Shown here: one piece after another, positions 1 through 9,178 of the stretch
Layout of the letters: every line of letters starts with the position of its first letter
Numbering within the stretch: position 1 is the stretch's first letter
NCBI GenBank assembly: GCA_046597595.1
Contig: JBKJKH010000651.1
Coordinates: 1-48,327, forward strand
DNA length: 48,327 nucleotides
Direction: 5' to 3'
Origin: Gemmatimonadaceae bacterium
GTDB taxonomy: Bacteria > Gemmatimonadota > Gemmatimonadetes > Gemmatimonadales > Gemmatimonadaceae
Notes under the pieces: model-generated
The model's input: the letters and a program-made list of their open reading frames with translations, nothing else
What the model was told of the DNA's origin: nothing
The model's database searches: none
Translations under genes and position numbers: made by a program

Positions 1-2
1 GC

Positions 3-1397
3 GCGCTGTCGCTCCTCTTTCGCTACAACTACATACCCGCGCCCCATTCAATCTACGCCGGAGTGCACAAAGTCGTTCCGGGCACCATGCTCACCTTCAC
101 AGCGGCGGAAGCTGAGCCTGAAACGTGCACGTACTGGAGTGCGCGGGAGATGACCGAGCGGGGACTCGCAGATCCGTTGCGCGGCTCCGATGCAGACATC
201 ATCGAGGCGTTCGAGGCGGGACTTCGGCGCACGGTTCGCCAGGAGATGGTCGCGGATGTGCCGTTAGGCGCATTCCTGTCCGGAGGGATCGACTCGTCCA
301 CGATCGTGGCGATCATGCAGGCCGAGAGCGCGCGACCCGTCCAGACGTTCACAATCGGCTTTCACGAGGCGGATTACAACGAAGCCGTTCATGCGCGCGC
401 GGTCGCACGGCACCTCGGCACGGATCACACCGAGCTCTATGTTACGTCGCAACAAGCACTCGACGTCGTCCCGAAGCTCCCCGCGCTCTTCGACGAACCG
501 TTCGGCGACTCGTCGCAAGTCCCGACGTTCCTGGTCGCGCAGCTGGCGCGCCGGTCCGTAACGGTTTCGCTGTCTGGAGACGGCGGTGACGAAATGCTTG
601 GCGGGTACAACCGGTATTTCCTCGGCGAGCGTTTATGGAATGCCATGTCACCGGTGCCTGCTGCTGCGCGCCGCTTGATGGTGCGCGGAATACGCGCCGT
701 GCCTGCACGCCGGTGGGATGCCCTCTATCGAGCGGGGGCCGTAGCGCTGCCGGCAAAATACCGCCTGCGCGTTCCCGGCGACAAGATCCACAAGCTCGCC
801 GGCATTCTCGGCGTGGAGTCGCCCGAGGCGATGTATCGCGAGCTGGTGTCCCACTGGCGCGAGCCGTCGCGTCTTGTCATTGGTGGCCACGAACCAGAGA
901 CTGTGCTGACAGCGCGGGGCGGGTGGCCCGAAGCCCCGACCTTTGTCCATCGCATGATGTACCTCGATACGGTGTCGTATCTCCCGGACGACATCATGGT
1001 GAAGGTGGATCGCGCCAGCATGGGAGTGAGCCTCGAGACACGCGCGCCTTTTCTCGATCATCGGCTGGCCGAGTTGGCGTGGCGTGTCCCGCTCTCGCTC
1101 AAGGTGCGCGGCGGGCAGGGAAAATGGCTGTTGCGACAGATCCTGTACAAGCACGTTCCGCAGGCATTGGTCGAACGCCCTAAAATGGGGTTTGGAATTC
1201 CGATTGATCGCTGGCTGCGCGGACCGCTCAAGGAATGGGCGGAAGCGCTGCTCAACCCGGAGCGGTTGAAGCGGGAAGGCTATCTCGATCCCACCATGGT
1301 TCGGCAGAAGTGGGACGCGCACCAGAGCGGTGAGCGCAACTGGCAGTATTCGCTCTGGGGCGTGTTGATGTTCCAGGCATGGCTTGAAGAGCAATGA
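3..1397 (+). CDS. AsnB-family (asparagine synthetase-like) amidotransferase, 5'-truncated by window edge; only the synthetase/PP-loop part is visible
   Basis: Frame 3 is open from base 3 ([24 protein letters not shown] precedes the listed start at 63). PP-loop [23 protein letters not shown]-terminal [17 protein letters not shown]. Stop at 1395-1397. Confidence 0.9.
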   Translation, partial: ALSLLFRYNYIPAPHSIYAGVHKVVPGTMLTFTAAEAEPETCTYWSAREMTERGLADPLRGSDADIIEAFEAGLRRTVRQEMVADVPLGAFLSGGIDSSTIVAIMQAESARPVQTFTIGFHEADYNEAVHARAVARHLGTDHTELYVTSQQALDVVPKLPALFDEPFGDSSQVPTFLVAQLARRSVTVSLSGDGGDEMLGGYNRYFLGERLWNAMSPVPAAARRLMVRGIRAVPARRWDALYRAGAVALPAKYRLRVPGDKIHKLAGILGVESPEAMYRELVSHWREPSRLVIGGHEPETVLTARGGWPEAPTFVHRMMYLDTVSYLPDDIMVKVDRASMGVSLETRAPFLDHRLAELAWRVPLSLKVRGGQGKWLLRQILYKHVPQALVERPKMGFGIPIDRWLRGPLKEWAEALLNPERLKREGYLDPTMVRQKWDAHQSGERNWQYSLWGVLMFQAWLEEQ

Positions 1398-1422
1398 TCG
1401 GACGTCCCGCACCAGCGATCAC

Positions 1423-2448
1423 ATGACTACCATCCTTGTCACCGGCGCCGCAGGCTTCATTGGCTTTCACACGAGCCGTCGGCTGCTGGACGCGGGATAT
1501 GACGTGGTCGGCGTCGATGTCGTCAACGCGTACTACGACGTATCCCTGAAGGAAGCGCGCCTCGCAGAGTTGGCAACACGGAAGGGATTCACATTCGTGC
1601 GGATGGACCTTGCCGACCGCGAGGCCGTTGCGGATCTGTTCAGGCGCCTCAAGCCGGCGCGCGTCATCCATCTGGCCGCGCAGGCAGGGGTGCGCTATTC
1701 GATAGCGAATCCATACGCCTACCTCGACAGCAATCTCGCGGCACACCTCAACATCCTTGAAGGCTGCCGGCATCAAGGTGTGGAGCACCTCGTCTATGCG
1801 TCATCGAGCTCGGTATACGGGGCCAACACGGCGATGCCATTTTCCGTGCACCACAATGTGGACCATCCCGTCAGCCTCTACGCCGCAACGAAAAAGGCCA
1901 ACGAGCTGATGGCGCATTCCTACAGTCATCTGTATGGCCTCCCCGTGACCGGCCTGCGCTTCTTCACCGTGTATGGTCCATGGGGCAGGCCGGACATGGC
2001 GATCTTCCTGTTCACGAAAGCGATTCTCGAGGGCAAGCCGATCGAGGTGTACAACAATGGGCAGATGCGTCGCGACTTTACCTACATCGACGACATCGTT
2101 GAAGGGGTCGTACGGGTCATGGAGCGCGTCGCCGCTCCGGATCCCGGATGGTCGAGTGCGGTGCCCGATCCCGGCACGAGCCGGGCGCCGTATCGCCTGT
2201 ACAACATCGGGAACAGTGAGCCAGTCGCGCTGACGCACATGATCGACGTGCTCGAGCGCCTGCTGGGACGCCGAGCGGAGCGAACGATGATGCCAATGCA
2301 GGCGGGGGATGTGCTCGCGACGTTCGCCGACGTTGCCGACCTCGAACGCGACATCGGCTTCAAGCCCTCGACATCGCTTGAAGTGGGGTTGCAGAAGTTC
2401 CTGGACTGGTACCGGAGCTATTACGGCGTTCCCGCGACTCCAGGCTGA
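1423..2448 (+). CDS. Extended-SDR nucleotide-sugar epimerase, UDP-glucuronate 4-epimerase-like
   Basis: Start moved to ATG 1423 ([16 protein letters not shown]). GxxGxx[19 protein letters not shown] (YxxxK), [24 protein letters not shown]. This string set matches the Cap1J/LpsL-type UDP-GlcA 4-epimerase clade as I remember it. Confidence 0.8.
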   Translation: MTTILVTGAAGFIGFHTSRRLLDAGYDVVGVDVVNAYYDVSLKEARLAELATRKGFTFVRMDLADREAVADLFRRLKPARVIHLAAQAGVRYSIANPYAYLDSNLAAHLNILEGCRHQGVEHLVYASSSSVYGANTAMPFSVHHNVDHPVSLYAATKKANELMAHSYSHLYGLPVTGLRFFTVYGPWGRPDMAIFLFTKAILEGKPIEVYNNGQMRRDFTYIDDIVEGVVRVMERVAAPDPGWSSAVPDPGTSRAPYRLYNIGNSEPVALTHMIDVLERLLGRRAERTMMPMQAGDVLATFADVADLERDIGFKPSTSLEVGLQKFLDWYRSYYGVPATPG

Positions 2449-3746
2449 TGGGCATCGAAAGCGAGGCGGGGCGGTTGGTCGATCTCGCGGGATGGATCGT
2501 CTACGGGCTCACCTTTCTCGTTCCCCTGCTCGCGCGCGAACTGCGGCAGAATGGTCGCGCGACACTGGTCGTGTGGATCTCTCTCCTCGCGCATCAACTG
2601 CTGGCACTTCGCAATGCCTATCTGGGCGGCTTGTCATTCGACGCGCTGGCCTTTCACATGACCGCCGAGCGACTGTCGCATACGGAATGGTACTTTGGCA
2701 TCGGGGAGCATTTTTACGGCCCCGCGCTGGGATACCTCTACCGTACGCTCGGACTCTCGACGATGCTCGGTGTCCAGCTGTCGATTCTCGCCTTCGTGGC
2801 GTCGTGCATCGTATTCGCGAAACTTGCTCGCCTCCTCGGAGTCGAGAAGTACACCGTGCCGATGCTCGCGATCTACGCGCTGGCACCTGCGATGCTCATG
2901 CTGACCTCAACAACAATTCGCGAGCCGTACCAGATCCTGTTCTTCATGACAGCGGTGTATGCAGGTCTTCGGTACCGGATTCACGGTGACCTGCAGTACC
3001 TCGGTGCGTGTGTGGCCAGCGCGCTGCTCATGGGTGTCTTCCACAACGGGCTCATTGCGTTCGCCCCCGTGCTCGTGAGCCTGATCGCACTCTGGCGGAT
3101 CCACTCGACCCGCGTTCGACGTGGTTTCATCTCGCGTCGCGGGCTTGTGCTTCTCGTCTCCGTACTACCGGTCGTCGCCTTGGGAGTCGGTTTTGTCGGG
3201 AGGCTCGCCGCCGTCGGCATCACCGGCTCCAACGCGTTGCAGGTGCTTGGTACGCGCCGAGTGCTGACGGCAGTGGCGCGCTATCGCGAGGGGGGCATGG
3301 ACGTCACCGCGCGCGCGACATACGGTGTCCGCCTTGATCTCTCGTCGCCGGGAGGTGCTGCGCGGTCCGTGGTGCTGATCGCCGCGTACTACATGTTCGC
3401 GCCCTTCCCGTGGCAAGTGCGCTCCCCCCTGGATGCGTACGGCGCGATGGAATCCATTCTGCGACTGGTCCTGCTCATCGGCGCGGTCCGGCTCTGGATG
3501 CACCTGCGAGGTCCGCCGCGCCGAGTCGTCGCGGTGATGCTGGTGCTCTATTTCGGACTGGCCGCGATGTGGGGGATCGGAACAGTCAATTACGGCACTG
3601 CGCTCCGCCACCACCTCACCACGACCTGGATTCTGCTCCTGCTCGGCGGGCCCGCGGTTATCGACGCGGTCGCGCGTGGCATGCAACGGCTTACGTCTGC
3701 CCGCGATCCCGATGCGGACGGGCCGCTCGTGGCCAGCCGTGTCTGA
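2448..3746 (+). CDS. Polytopic inner-membrane protein (about 10-11 predicted TM segments); candidate Wzy-type polymerase / O-antigen-ligase-like / GT-C-like protein
   Basis: ATG overlaps the upstream TGA by 1 nt (TGATG at 2446-2450). Successive hydrophobic runs (LAGWIVYGLTFLVPLLA, MLGVQLSILAFVASCIVFA, VPMLAIYALAPAMLMLT, GLVLLVSVLPVVALGVGFV, VVAVMLVLYFGLAAMWGIG, TTWILLLLGGPAVI). An Arg-rich about 50-aa loop lies after TM7. No soluble-domain motifs. Confidence 0.55.
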   Translation: MGIESEAGRLVDLAGWIVYGLTFLVPLLARELRQNGRATLVVWISLLAHQLLALRNAYLGGLSFDALAFHMTAERLSHTEWYFGIGEHFYGPALGYLYRTLGLSTMLGVQLSILAFVASCIVFAKLARLLGVEKYTVPMLAIYALAPAMLMLTSTTIREPYQILFFMTAVYAGLRYRIHGDLQYLGACVASALLMGVFHNGLIAFAPVLVSLIALWRIHSTRVRRGFISRRGLVLLVSVLPVVALGVGFVGRLAAVGITGSNALQVLGTRRVLTAVARYREGGMDVTARATYGVRLDLSSPGGAARSVVLIAAYYMFAPFPWQVRSPLDAYGAMESILRLVLLIGAVRLWMHLRGPPRRVVAVMLVLYFGLAAMWGIGTVNYGTALRHHLTTTWILLLLGGPAVIDAVARGMQRLTSARDPDADGPLVASRV

Positions 3747-3750
3747 CGTC

Positions 3751-4923
3751 ATGCAACGCGTGGCACCACGGAGGCCTCGCGTCTGTCACATCATCACCGG
3801 CCTGCACACGGGAGGAGCGGAGATGATGCTCCTCAAGCTGCTGACCTCGCCGGGCGCGGAGCGCATCGAGTCCCGCGTGATCACGCTGATTCCGGAAGGA
3901 TCGATCGGTTCGCGATTGCGCGACGCCGGCGTGGTGGTCGAATCGCTCGAGATGTCGCGCGCGATTCCTTCTCCACTTGCCGTGCCCCGACTGGCGGCGC
4001 GCCTGCGCGCATGGCGGCCTGATTTGGTGCAGGGCTGGCTGTTGCAGGGGAACCTGATGGCCACGATGGCCGCACGACTCGCATTCCTCCGGGTCCCCGT
4101 GCTCTGGAATGTGCGATGGGCATTGTACGACCTCGAAACGGAATCGAAGCGTTCCCGGGCGCTCCTGCGCCTCAGCGGGATGCTCTCGCGCAACCCCGAG
4201 CGCGTGCTGTTCAACTCACATCGAGCACTCGAGCAGCACGCGAAGCTGCTTGGCTACGATCCCACGCGCTCGTTCGTGATACCAAACGGCTTTGATCTGC
4301 AACGCTTCCAACCCGACGTGTCAGCTCGGGCTGAAGTGCGGCGCGAGCTTTCCGTCCCGGATGACGCGGTGCTGGTTGGCCTGATCGCGCGCTATCACCC
4401 GATGAAGGACCATGCGAATGCGCTCGCTGCTGCAGCGCGCCTCATCCGCGATGGGCGCAAGGCGGTGTTTCTCTTCGCGGGTCGCGATGTCGACGCCTCC
4501 AACGAGACACTCATCGCCGGAGTGCGCGCGCTGGCGCTTGAACCGCATGTGCGCCTGCTCGGTGAGCGCCACGATACGCCGCGCCTGTTTGCTGCGCTCG
4601 ATCTGTACTGGACCGCTTCGTGGGCGCGCGGCGTCGCCGAGGGCTTTCCGAACGTGCTTGGCGAAGCGATGGCGTCGGGAGTGCCCTGCGTCGCGACGGA
4701 TGTCGGCGATGCCGCCTGGGTGCTCGGCGACGTCGGCCGTGTCGTACCGCCGCACGATGCCGATGGGCTGGCTGCGGCTGCCTCCGAGTTGCTGGACCTG
4801 TCTCCAGGTGCGTTCCGCGCCGAAGGCGTCCGGGCGCGTGAACGCATCGCTCGTCAATTTGCGATCGAAGATGTCGTTGAGCGATACCACGCCGTCTACC
4901 GCGAGATGCTCGGCATCACTTGA
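3751..4923 (+). CDS. Glycosyltransferase, GT4 (GT-B, group 1)
   Basis: Start moved to ATG 3751 (MQRVAPRRPRVCHIITGLHTGGAEMMLLKLL). C-terminal EGFPNVLGEAMASGVPCVATDVGD (E-x7-E region). The ORF at 3676 overlaps the upstream gene and is probably an ORF-finder extension. Confidence 0.85.
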   Translation: MQRVAPRRPRVCHIITGLHTGGAEMMLLKLLTSPGAERIESRVITLIPEGSIGSRLRDAGVVVESLEMSRAIPSPLAVPRLAARLRAWRPDLVQGWLLQGNLMATMAARLAFLRVPVLWNVRWALYDLETESKRSRALLRLSGMLSRNPERVLFNSHRALEQHAKLLGYDPTRSFVIPNGFDLQRFQPDVSARAEVRRELSVPDDAVLVGLIARYHPMKDHANALAAAARLIRDGRKAVFLFAGRDVDASNETLIAGVRALALEPHVRLLGERHDTPRLFAALDLYWTASWARGVAEGFPNVLGEAMASGVPCVATDVGDAAWVLGDVGRVVPPHDADGLAAAASELLDLSPGAFRAEGVRARERIARQFAIEDVVERYHAVYREMLGIT

Positions 4924-6850
4924 AGCGGACGTCGCGCTGCTCCGCCCAGCGCACCAGGTTGATCCAGCGCCAGATGCGCCAGTTAAATGCGCTTCTTCCA
5001 TCCTGGACGGCCTGCCAGTCCCGTCGCATTTCAGGGACGTTGAGCGGACCGATCCGTCGCGCCGTGTCGCTCGACAGCACGGCGTCCACCCATTGCGTTG
5101 CTGAAGTGAGCCAGCTTTTCTCTGGAGTCGAGAAACCGATCTTGTCGCGGCGATCGAGCACGGCATCCGGAACGATCCCGCGCATCGCCGTACGGAACAC
5201 CGATTTGCTGACTCCCCTTGGCGACATGATGTACTCCTCCGGCAGGGAGAGGAGGAAGTCGGCCAGCTTCGGCGTGAGGAAGGGAACCCGGCTCTCGACG
5301 GAGAACGCCATTGAATTCCTGTCCTCGTACCGCAGGAGCGACAGCAGTCCCTGTTCGACCGAGTCAGCGAGCAGTTCGCGCATGACGAGCGAACTCCCGC
5401 GCCGCGATGGGGGCGGGACGATCGCGCCGCGGTCTGCGAACCACTTGCCATTGAGCCACGTCGGTGCCTGCCCTCGACTCGAGTAGAGGAGGCGCTTGGC
5501 GAGCGGACGCAGCTGGGTCGGCAAGAGCCGCCCGCCCGCCTGCGCGAGCAGTTCCGACCCACTTGCATGCGGAAGGCGCGCGGCGGCCGATCCGAACTGC
5601 AAGGCCTGCGCGATGTCTCCGCCGCGGAGCAGAGTCGCGAGCCGCGCGCTGAGGAAGTTCGAGTACCCTGCCAGGAGTTCATCCGCACCTTGCCCATCGA
5701 GCATCACCTTGATGCCCTTTTCGTGCGCGAGGCGGAAGACGCGATGCTGCGCGTAGATGCTGGTGCTGCCGAAGGGCTCGTCCTGCGTCGCAATCACGTG
5801 ATCGAGATCGGCAAGCAGCTCTGCCTGGTCGGTGCGCGTCTTGTGCACGGTCGCTCCGGCGGCCTCGCCGACCAGATCAACCCATCGTTCCTCACTGATC
5901 GACGGATCATCCGCGATATAGCTGAATGCGTGAAGCTCGATGCCTGGCTCGACGTGCCGCATTGCCATGACAATCGCCGAAGAGTCGATGCCTCCCGAAA
6001 GCGCCGCGCCTACCGGCACGTCGCTGCGGAGGTGAAGCCGGATGCTCTCCAGGAAAAGCGCGCGCAACTCATCCGCTGCGCTTGCGAAGGAGAGAGGCGA
6101 CTGTCGCTCCGTCTGCACTCGCCAGTACCGGGCCGGCGACGGCACTCCGGCATGCGGTGCTGCGAGGTCGATCTCCAAGTGGTGCGCGGCGGCCAGCTGA
6201 CTGATGCCGGAGATCATCGTGTCGCCGGTATCGTCAGTCAATCCGAGCGTCAGGTAGCGATGCAGCGTCTTCGGGTTGGCGTCGCGCGTGATACCCGGCA
6301 GTTCGAGCAGCGCCTTCATCTCCGATGCGAACGCGAAGCCACCGTGCCACGTCGAATAGAAGAGCGGCTTGATGCCGAAGAAGTCGCGCGCGAGGAGGAG
6401 GCGGTTCCGTGCGCGGTCCCACAGGGCGAACGCGAACATGCCCGTGAGGCGGGGCAGGGCACCCACGCCCCAATGAATGAGCGCGTGCAGCAGCACCTCG
6501 GTGTCCGTGTGCGAACGGAACACGACTCCTTCGCGTTCGAGTTCTCCACGTAGCTCGAGGTAGTTGTAGATCTCGCCGTTGTAGATGATCGTCCAGCGCC
6601 CGTCGGGCGTCGACATCGGCTGCCAGCCGGCCTGGCTCAGGTCGAGGATGGAGAGGCGGCGATGCGCAAGCACAAACTCCGTCCCGCGCAGCGTCGTGAT
6701 GTCGCGTGTGAGGCAGAGCGCACCATCGCGGGTGCCCGCGAAGCCCCAATCGTCCGGGCCGCGATGCGCGATGACGTCTGATGCACGCTGCACGGCCTCA
6801 ATGTCTACCGCCGTCCCGGCAGGGCGGGCCCATCCGAAAATTCCGCACAT
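4916..6850 (-). CDS. AsnB-family glutamine-hydrolysing amidotransferase (paralogue 2)
   Basis: MCGIFGW (Cys2 Ntn nucleophile), HRGPDD, HRRLSILDLS, YNGEIYNY, TDTEV, PP-loop [35 protein letters not shown]. 644 aa. Confidence 0.92.
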   Translation of the reverse strand: MCGIFGWARPAGTAVDIEAVQRASDVIAHRGPDDWGFAGTRDGALCLTRDITTLRGTEFVLAHRRLSILDLSQAGWQPMSTPDGRWTIIYNGEIYNYLELRGELEREGVVFRSHTDTEVLLHALIHWGVGALPRLTGMFAFALWDRARNRLLLARDFFGIKPLFYSTWHGGFAFASEMKALLELPGITRDANPKTLHRYLTLGLTDDTGDTMISGISQLAAAHHLEIDLAAPHAGVPSPARYWRVQTERQSPLSFASAADELRALFLESIRLHLRSDVPVGAALSGGIDSSAIVMAMRHVEPGIELHAFSYIADDPSISEERWVDLVGEAAGATVHKTRTDQAELLADLDHVIATQDEPFGSTSIYAQHRVFRLAHEKGIKVMLDGQGADELLAGYSNFLSARLATLLRGGDIAQALQFGSAAARLPHASGSELLAQAGGRLLPTQLRPLAKRLLYSSRGQAPTWLNGKWFADRGAIVPPPSRRGSSLVMRELLADSVEQGLLSLLRYEDRNSMAFSVESRVPFLTPKLADFLLSLPEEYIMSPRGVSKSVFRTAMRGIVPDAVLDRRDKIGFSTPEKSWLTSATQWVDAVLSSDTARRIGPLNVPEMRRDWQAVQDGRSAFNWRIWRWINLVRWAEQRDVRFK

Positions 6851-8013
6851 CAGCGCTTCACGTCGCTCATCGTGCCAGAATATAAGCGTCCATACAGCGC
6901 GCTCAGGTCTTCACACCAGCGTGTCGCGCTGAACTTCCGCGCCACCACGTCACGGGCAGCTCCACGCATTCGCGCAAGGGTGGCCTCGTCGGTTCGCATC
7001 GCGCGCCGCATCGCGGCATGCAATCCGGACGGCGAATGTTCTGCAAGGAATCCGCTGACGCCATCCTCCACGATCTCGCGCGCCCCTTCCGTGTCTGACA
7101 CGATGGGCACCACGCCCGCCGCCATCGCTTCCAGCAGGGCGTGATTTGCAAACACAATGTCGCTTGGCAGGACAAAAAAACGTGCTCGGGCGTACCATGC
7201 GGCCGGGTCGGTAAACTCGAGGATCTCAATACGGTCGCTTGCCGACCTGCGCGCCCGCTCCTGAACGGACGCAATCGCATGGGACACATGCATGTCGGGC
7301 AGGAGCCCCAGCACGGCCGCGCGCGCCGAGATCGCGTCGCTGCCACGAAGCGCGTCGAGAAACCAGTCGAGATGCCGCTCGAGGATCACCCGGTTCGTCC
7401 AGAGGAAGTCGATATCGCGTTCCGGCTCCGGTTCACCGGCGCCTCGAGTCGGCACAGCAGGCTGCGCGACGCCGTTCGGCAGGAAGACAGCGCGGCGGGC
7501 GCCCAGTCGCTCGACGACGCGGCCCTGGTACGGCTCACGAAACCAGACTACATCGGCCTCAGCGTAACAGCGGCGCATGCTCCAGCGCAGCAACGGTCCG
7601 GCCTCGTCAAAGTTCAGCAGGTCGCCGCGCTCCACGACGATCACCCGAACTCCTGCCGCTTTTGCGAGCGCCACATAGAGCCACGCGTATCGGCCTCCGG
7701 GGTAGACCTCAACGTGATGGAGGGCTTTCTGCGCCTCGCGCAGGTACGCGCGTACCTGCGCCATCCGGGTCAGCGGGCCCGGCGCTAACAGGATGAGCTG
7801 ATTGCCTTCAGGCAGGTGGCTGGCAGAGTCACCGCGGGAGTCTGCGGTAAACACGTCGAAACGGAATCCGCGCGCGTTCATTCCCAACACCTGAAGGCGG
7901 TTCTTGGGAGCGAAAGTATCGAGACCGAGAATCGCGATCCTCGATAGGTGCAGATCTGCCGACACAGGCAAGAATGGCGCGCTCAATGGGTCGACGTTAG
8001 AAGCGGGGGACAA
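6850..8013 (-). CDS. Glycosyltransferase, GT4 (GT-B, group 1)
   Basis: C-terminal LPSDIVFANHALLEAMAAGVVPIVSDTEGAREIVEDGVSGFL. Its stop overlaps the downstream AsnB start by 1 nt at 6850. Start uncertain: the ORF opens at 8013, and in-frame GTG at 7965 (VSADLHLSRIAILGLD) is an alternative. Confidence 0.85.
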   Translation of the reverse strand: MSPASNVDPLSAPFLPVSADLHLSRIAILGLDTFAPKNRLQVLGMNARGFRFDVFTADSRGDSASHLPEGNQLILLAPGPLTRMAQVRAYLREAQKALHHVEVYPGGRYAWLYVALAKAAGVRVIVVERGDLLNFDEAGPLLRWSMRRCYAEADVVWFREPYQGRVVERLGARRAVFLPNGVAQPAVPTRGAGEPEPERDIDFLWTNRVILERHLDWFLDALRGSDAISARAAVLGLLPDMHVSHAIASVQERARRSASDRIEILEFTDPAAWYARARFFVLPSDIVFANHALLEAMAAGVVPIVSDTEGAREIVEDGVSGFLAEHSPSGLHAAMRRAMRTDEATLARMRGAARDVVARKFSATRWCEDLSALYGRLYSGTMSDVKR

Positions 8014-8102
8014 GGCGTAAAGATAATCACTGCACGGGCTTGCGTCACTCCCAGAAGTTCCGTGATATTACTGGGCTACCCGTCTCATACGCCGCCGATT
8101 CC
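8014..8102. promoter_or_regulatory. Candidate divergent promoter/operator region between GT (minus) and wecB (plus)
   Basis: Non-coding if wecB starts at GTG 8103. Visibly more AT-rich than its surroundings. Imperfect inverted repeat TAATCAC (8024-8030) / GTGATATTA (8062-8070). No consensus promoter identified. Confidence 0.3.
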
Positions 8103-9155
8103 GTGCGATTTCTCACTGTCATCGGGGCCCGCCCGCAGTTCATCAAGGCGAGTCCGCTCAGCCGGGTGTTGCGTCAGGAACACGAGGAAATCCTTGTGCA
8201 CACCGGCCAACACTATGACCACGGGATGTCCGACGTCTTTTTTGAGGAACTGGGCATCCCTGAACCCGACCATCACCTGGGCATCGGGGGCGGCACGCAC
8301 GGCGAACAGACGGGGGCGATGCTCCCCGCGCTCGAGGCGCTCATGCTGCAGCGTGCACCCGATATCGTGATTGTCTTCGGCGACACGAACTCCACCTTGG
8401 CCGGCGCTCTGGCTGGGGCGAAGCTGGGCATCCCGGTAGCACATGTCGAGGCGGGACTGCGCAGTTTCAAGCGCACGATGCCGGAGGAAATCAACCGTGT
8501 CGTCACGGATCACATTTCGGAGTACCTGTTTGTTCCATCGGAGGGATCGCGCGCACAGCTGGCGCGGGAGGGCATTACGCGAGGTGTCCACGTGGTGGGG
8601 GATATCATGCTCGACGTGATCCTCAGCGCGCGCGAACGCGCGGCTGGTTCGAAGTATCCGGGCTCGCTTGGGCTGGTGCGGCGCGAGTATTACCTGGCGA
8701 CCGTGCATCGCGCTGAGAACACCGACGACGAATGCCGGCTTCGCGGAATCATGTCGGGTCTACAGGCCCTGGAACAGCCGGTGGTGCTCCCGCTGCACCC
8801 CCGCACGCGTGCGCGCATGCTCGCGCTGGGTGTTGCCGCCGGCGCAAACGTCCGGGTGATTGACCCGGTGGGGTATCTGGACATGGTCCGGCTTCAGTCG
8901 GACGCGGCATGCATCCTCACCGACTCCGGCGGGATCCAGAAGGAGGCGTATTATCTCGGCGTGCCGTGCGTGACGCTGCGCGACGAGACAGAGTGGGTGG
9001 AAACAGTGCAGACGGGATGGAATGTCCTCGCTGGGACGCAGCCGGATCGGATCGGTGAGGCCGTGCGAGACGTCACCGCTGCCCGGCGTCCGCGCCCGGT
9101 GCTTTACGGGCTCGGCGATAGTGCGCAGCGGATTGTGAGCGCATTCGCCCAGTGA
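8103..9155 (+). CDS. wecB: UDP-N-acetylglucosamine 2-epimerase (non-hydrolysing)
   Basis: VRFLTVIGARPQFIKASP, HTGQHYDHGMSDVFFEELGIPEPDHHLGIGGGTHGEQTG, GDTNSTLAGALAGAKLGIPVAHVEAGLRSF, MPEEINR, DSGGIQKEAYYLGVPCVTLRDETEWVETV. The ORF opens at TTG 8040; GTG 8103 gives the canonical N-terminus. Confidence 0.88.
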   Translation: MRFLTVIGARPQFIKASPLSRVLRQEHEEILVHTGQHYDHGMSDVFFEELGIPEPDHHLGIGGGTHGEQTGAMLPALEALMLQRAPDIVIVFGDTNSTLAGALAGAKLGIPVAHVEAGLRSFKRTMPEEINRVVTDHISEYLFVPSEGSRAQLAREGITRGVHVVGDIMLDVILSARERAAGSKYPGSLGLVRREYYLATVHRAENTDDECRLRGIMSGLQALEQPVVLPLHPRTRARMLALGVAAGANVRVIDPVGYLDMVRLQSDAACILTDSGGIQKEAYYLGVPCVTLRDETEWVETVQTGWNVLAGTQPDRIGEAVRDVTAARRPRPVLYGLGDSAQRIVSAFAQ

Positions 9156-9178
9156 CTTCGACCTAACTTTCACGCCAG

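Noticed and set aside
4321-5697. 458-aa minus-strand ORF spanning the GT4/AsnB2 junction
   Set aside because: It overlaps the motif-bearing GT4 (plus strand) and is out of frame with AsnB2. It is extremely Arg/Ser-rich. It is a shadow ORF. The same reasoning applies to 648-1412(-), 11044-12081(-), 11997-13082(-), 14307-15428(-), 20962-22050(+), 32740-33666(-), 40399-41529(-) and 43918-45222(+).
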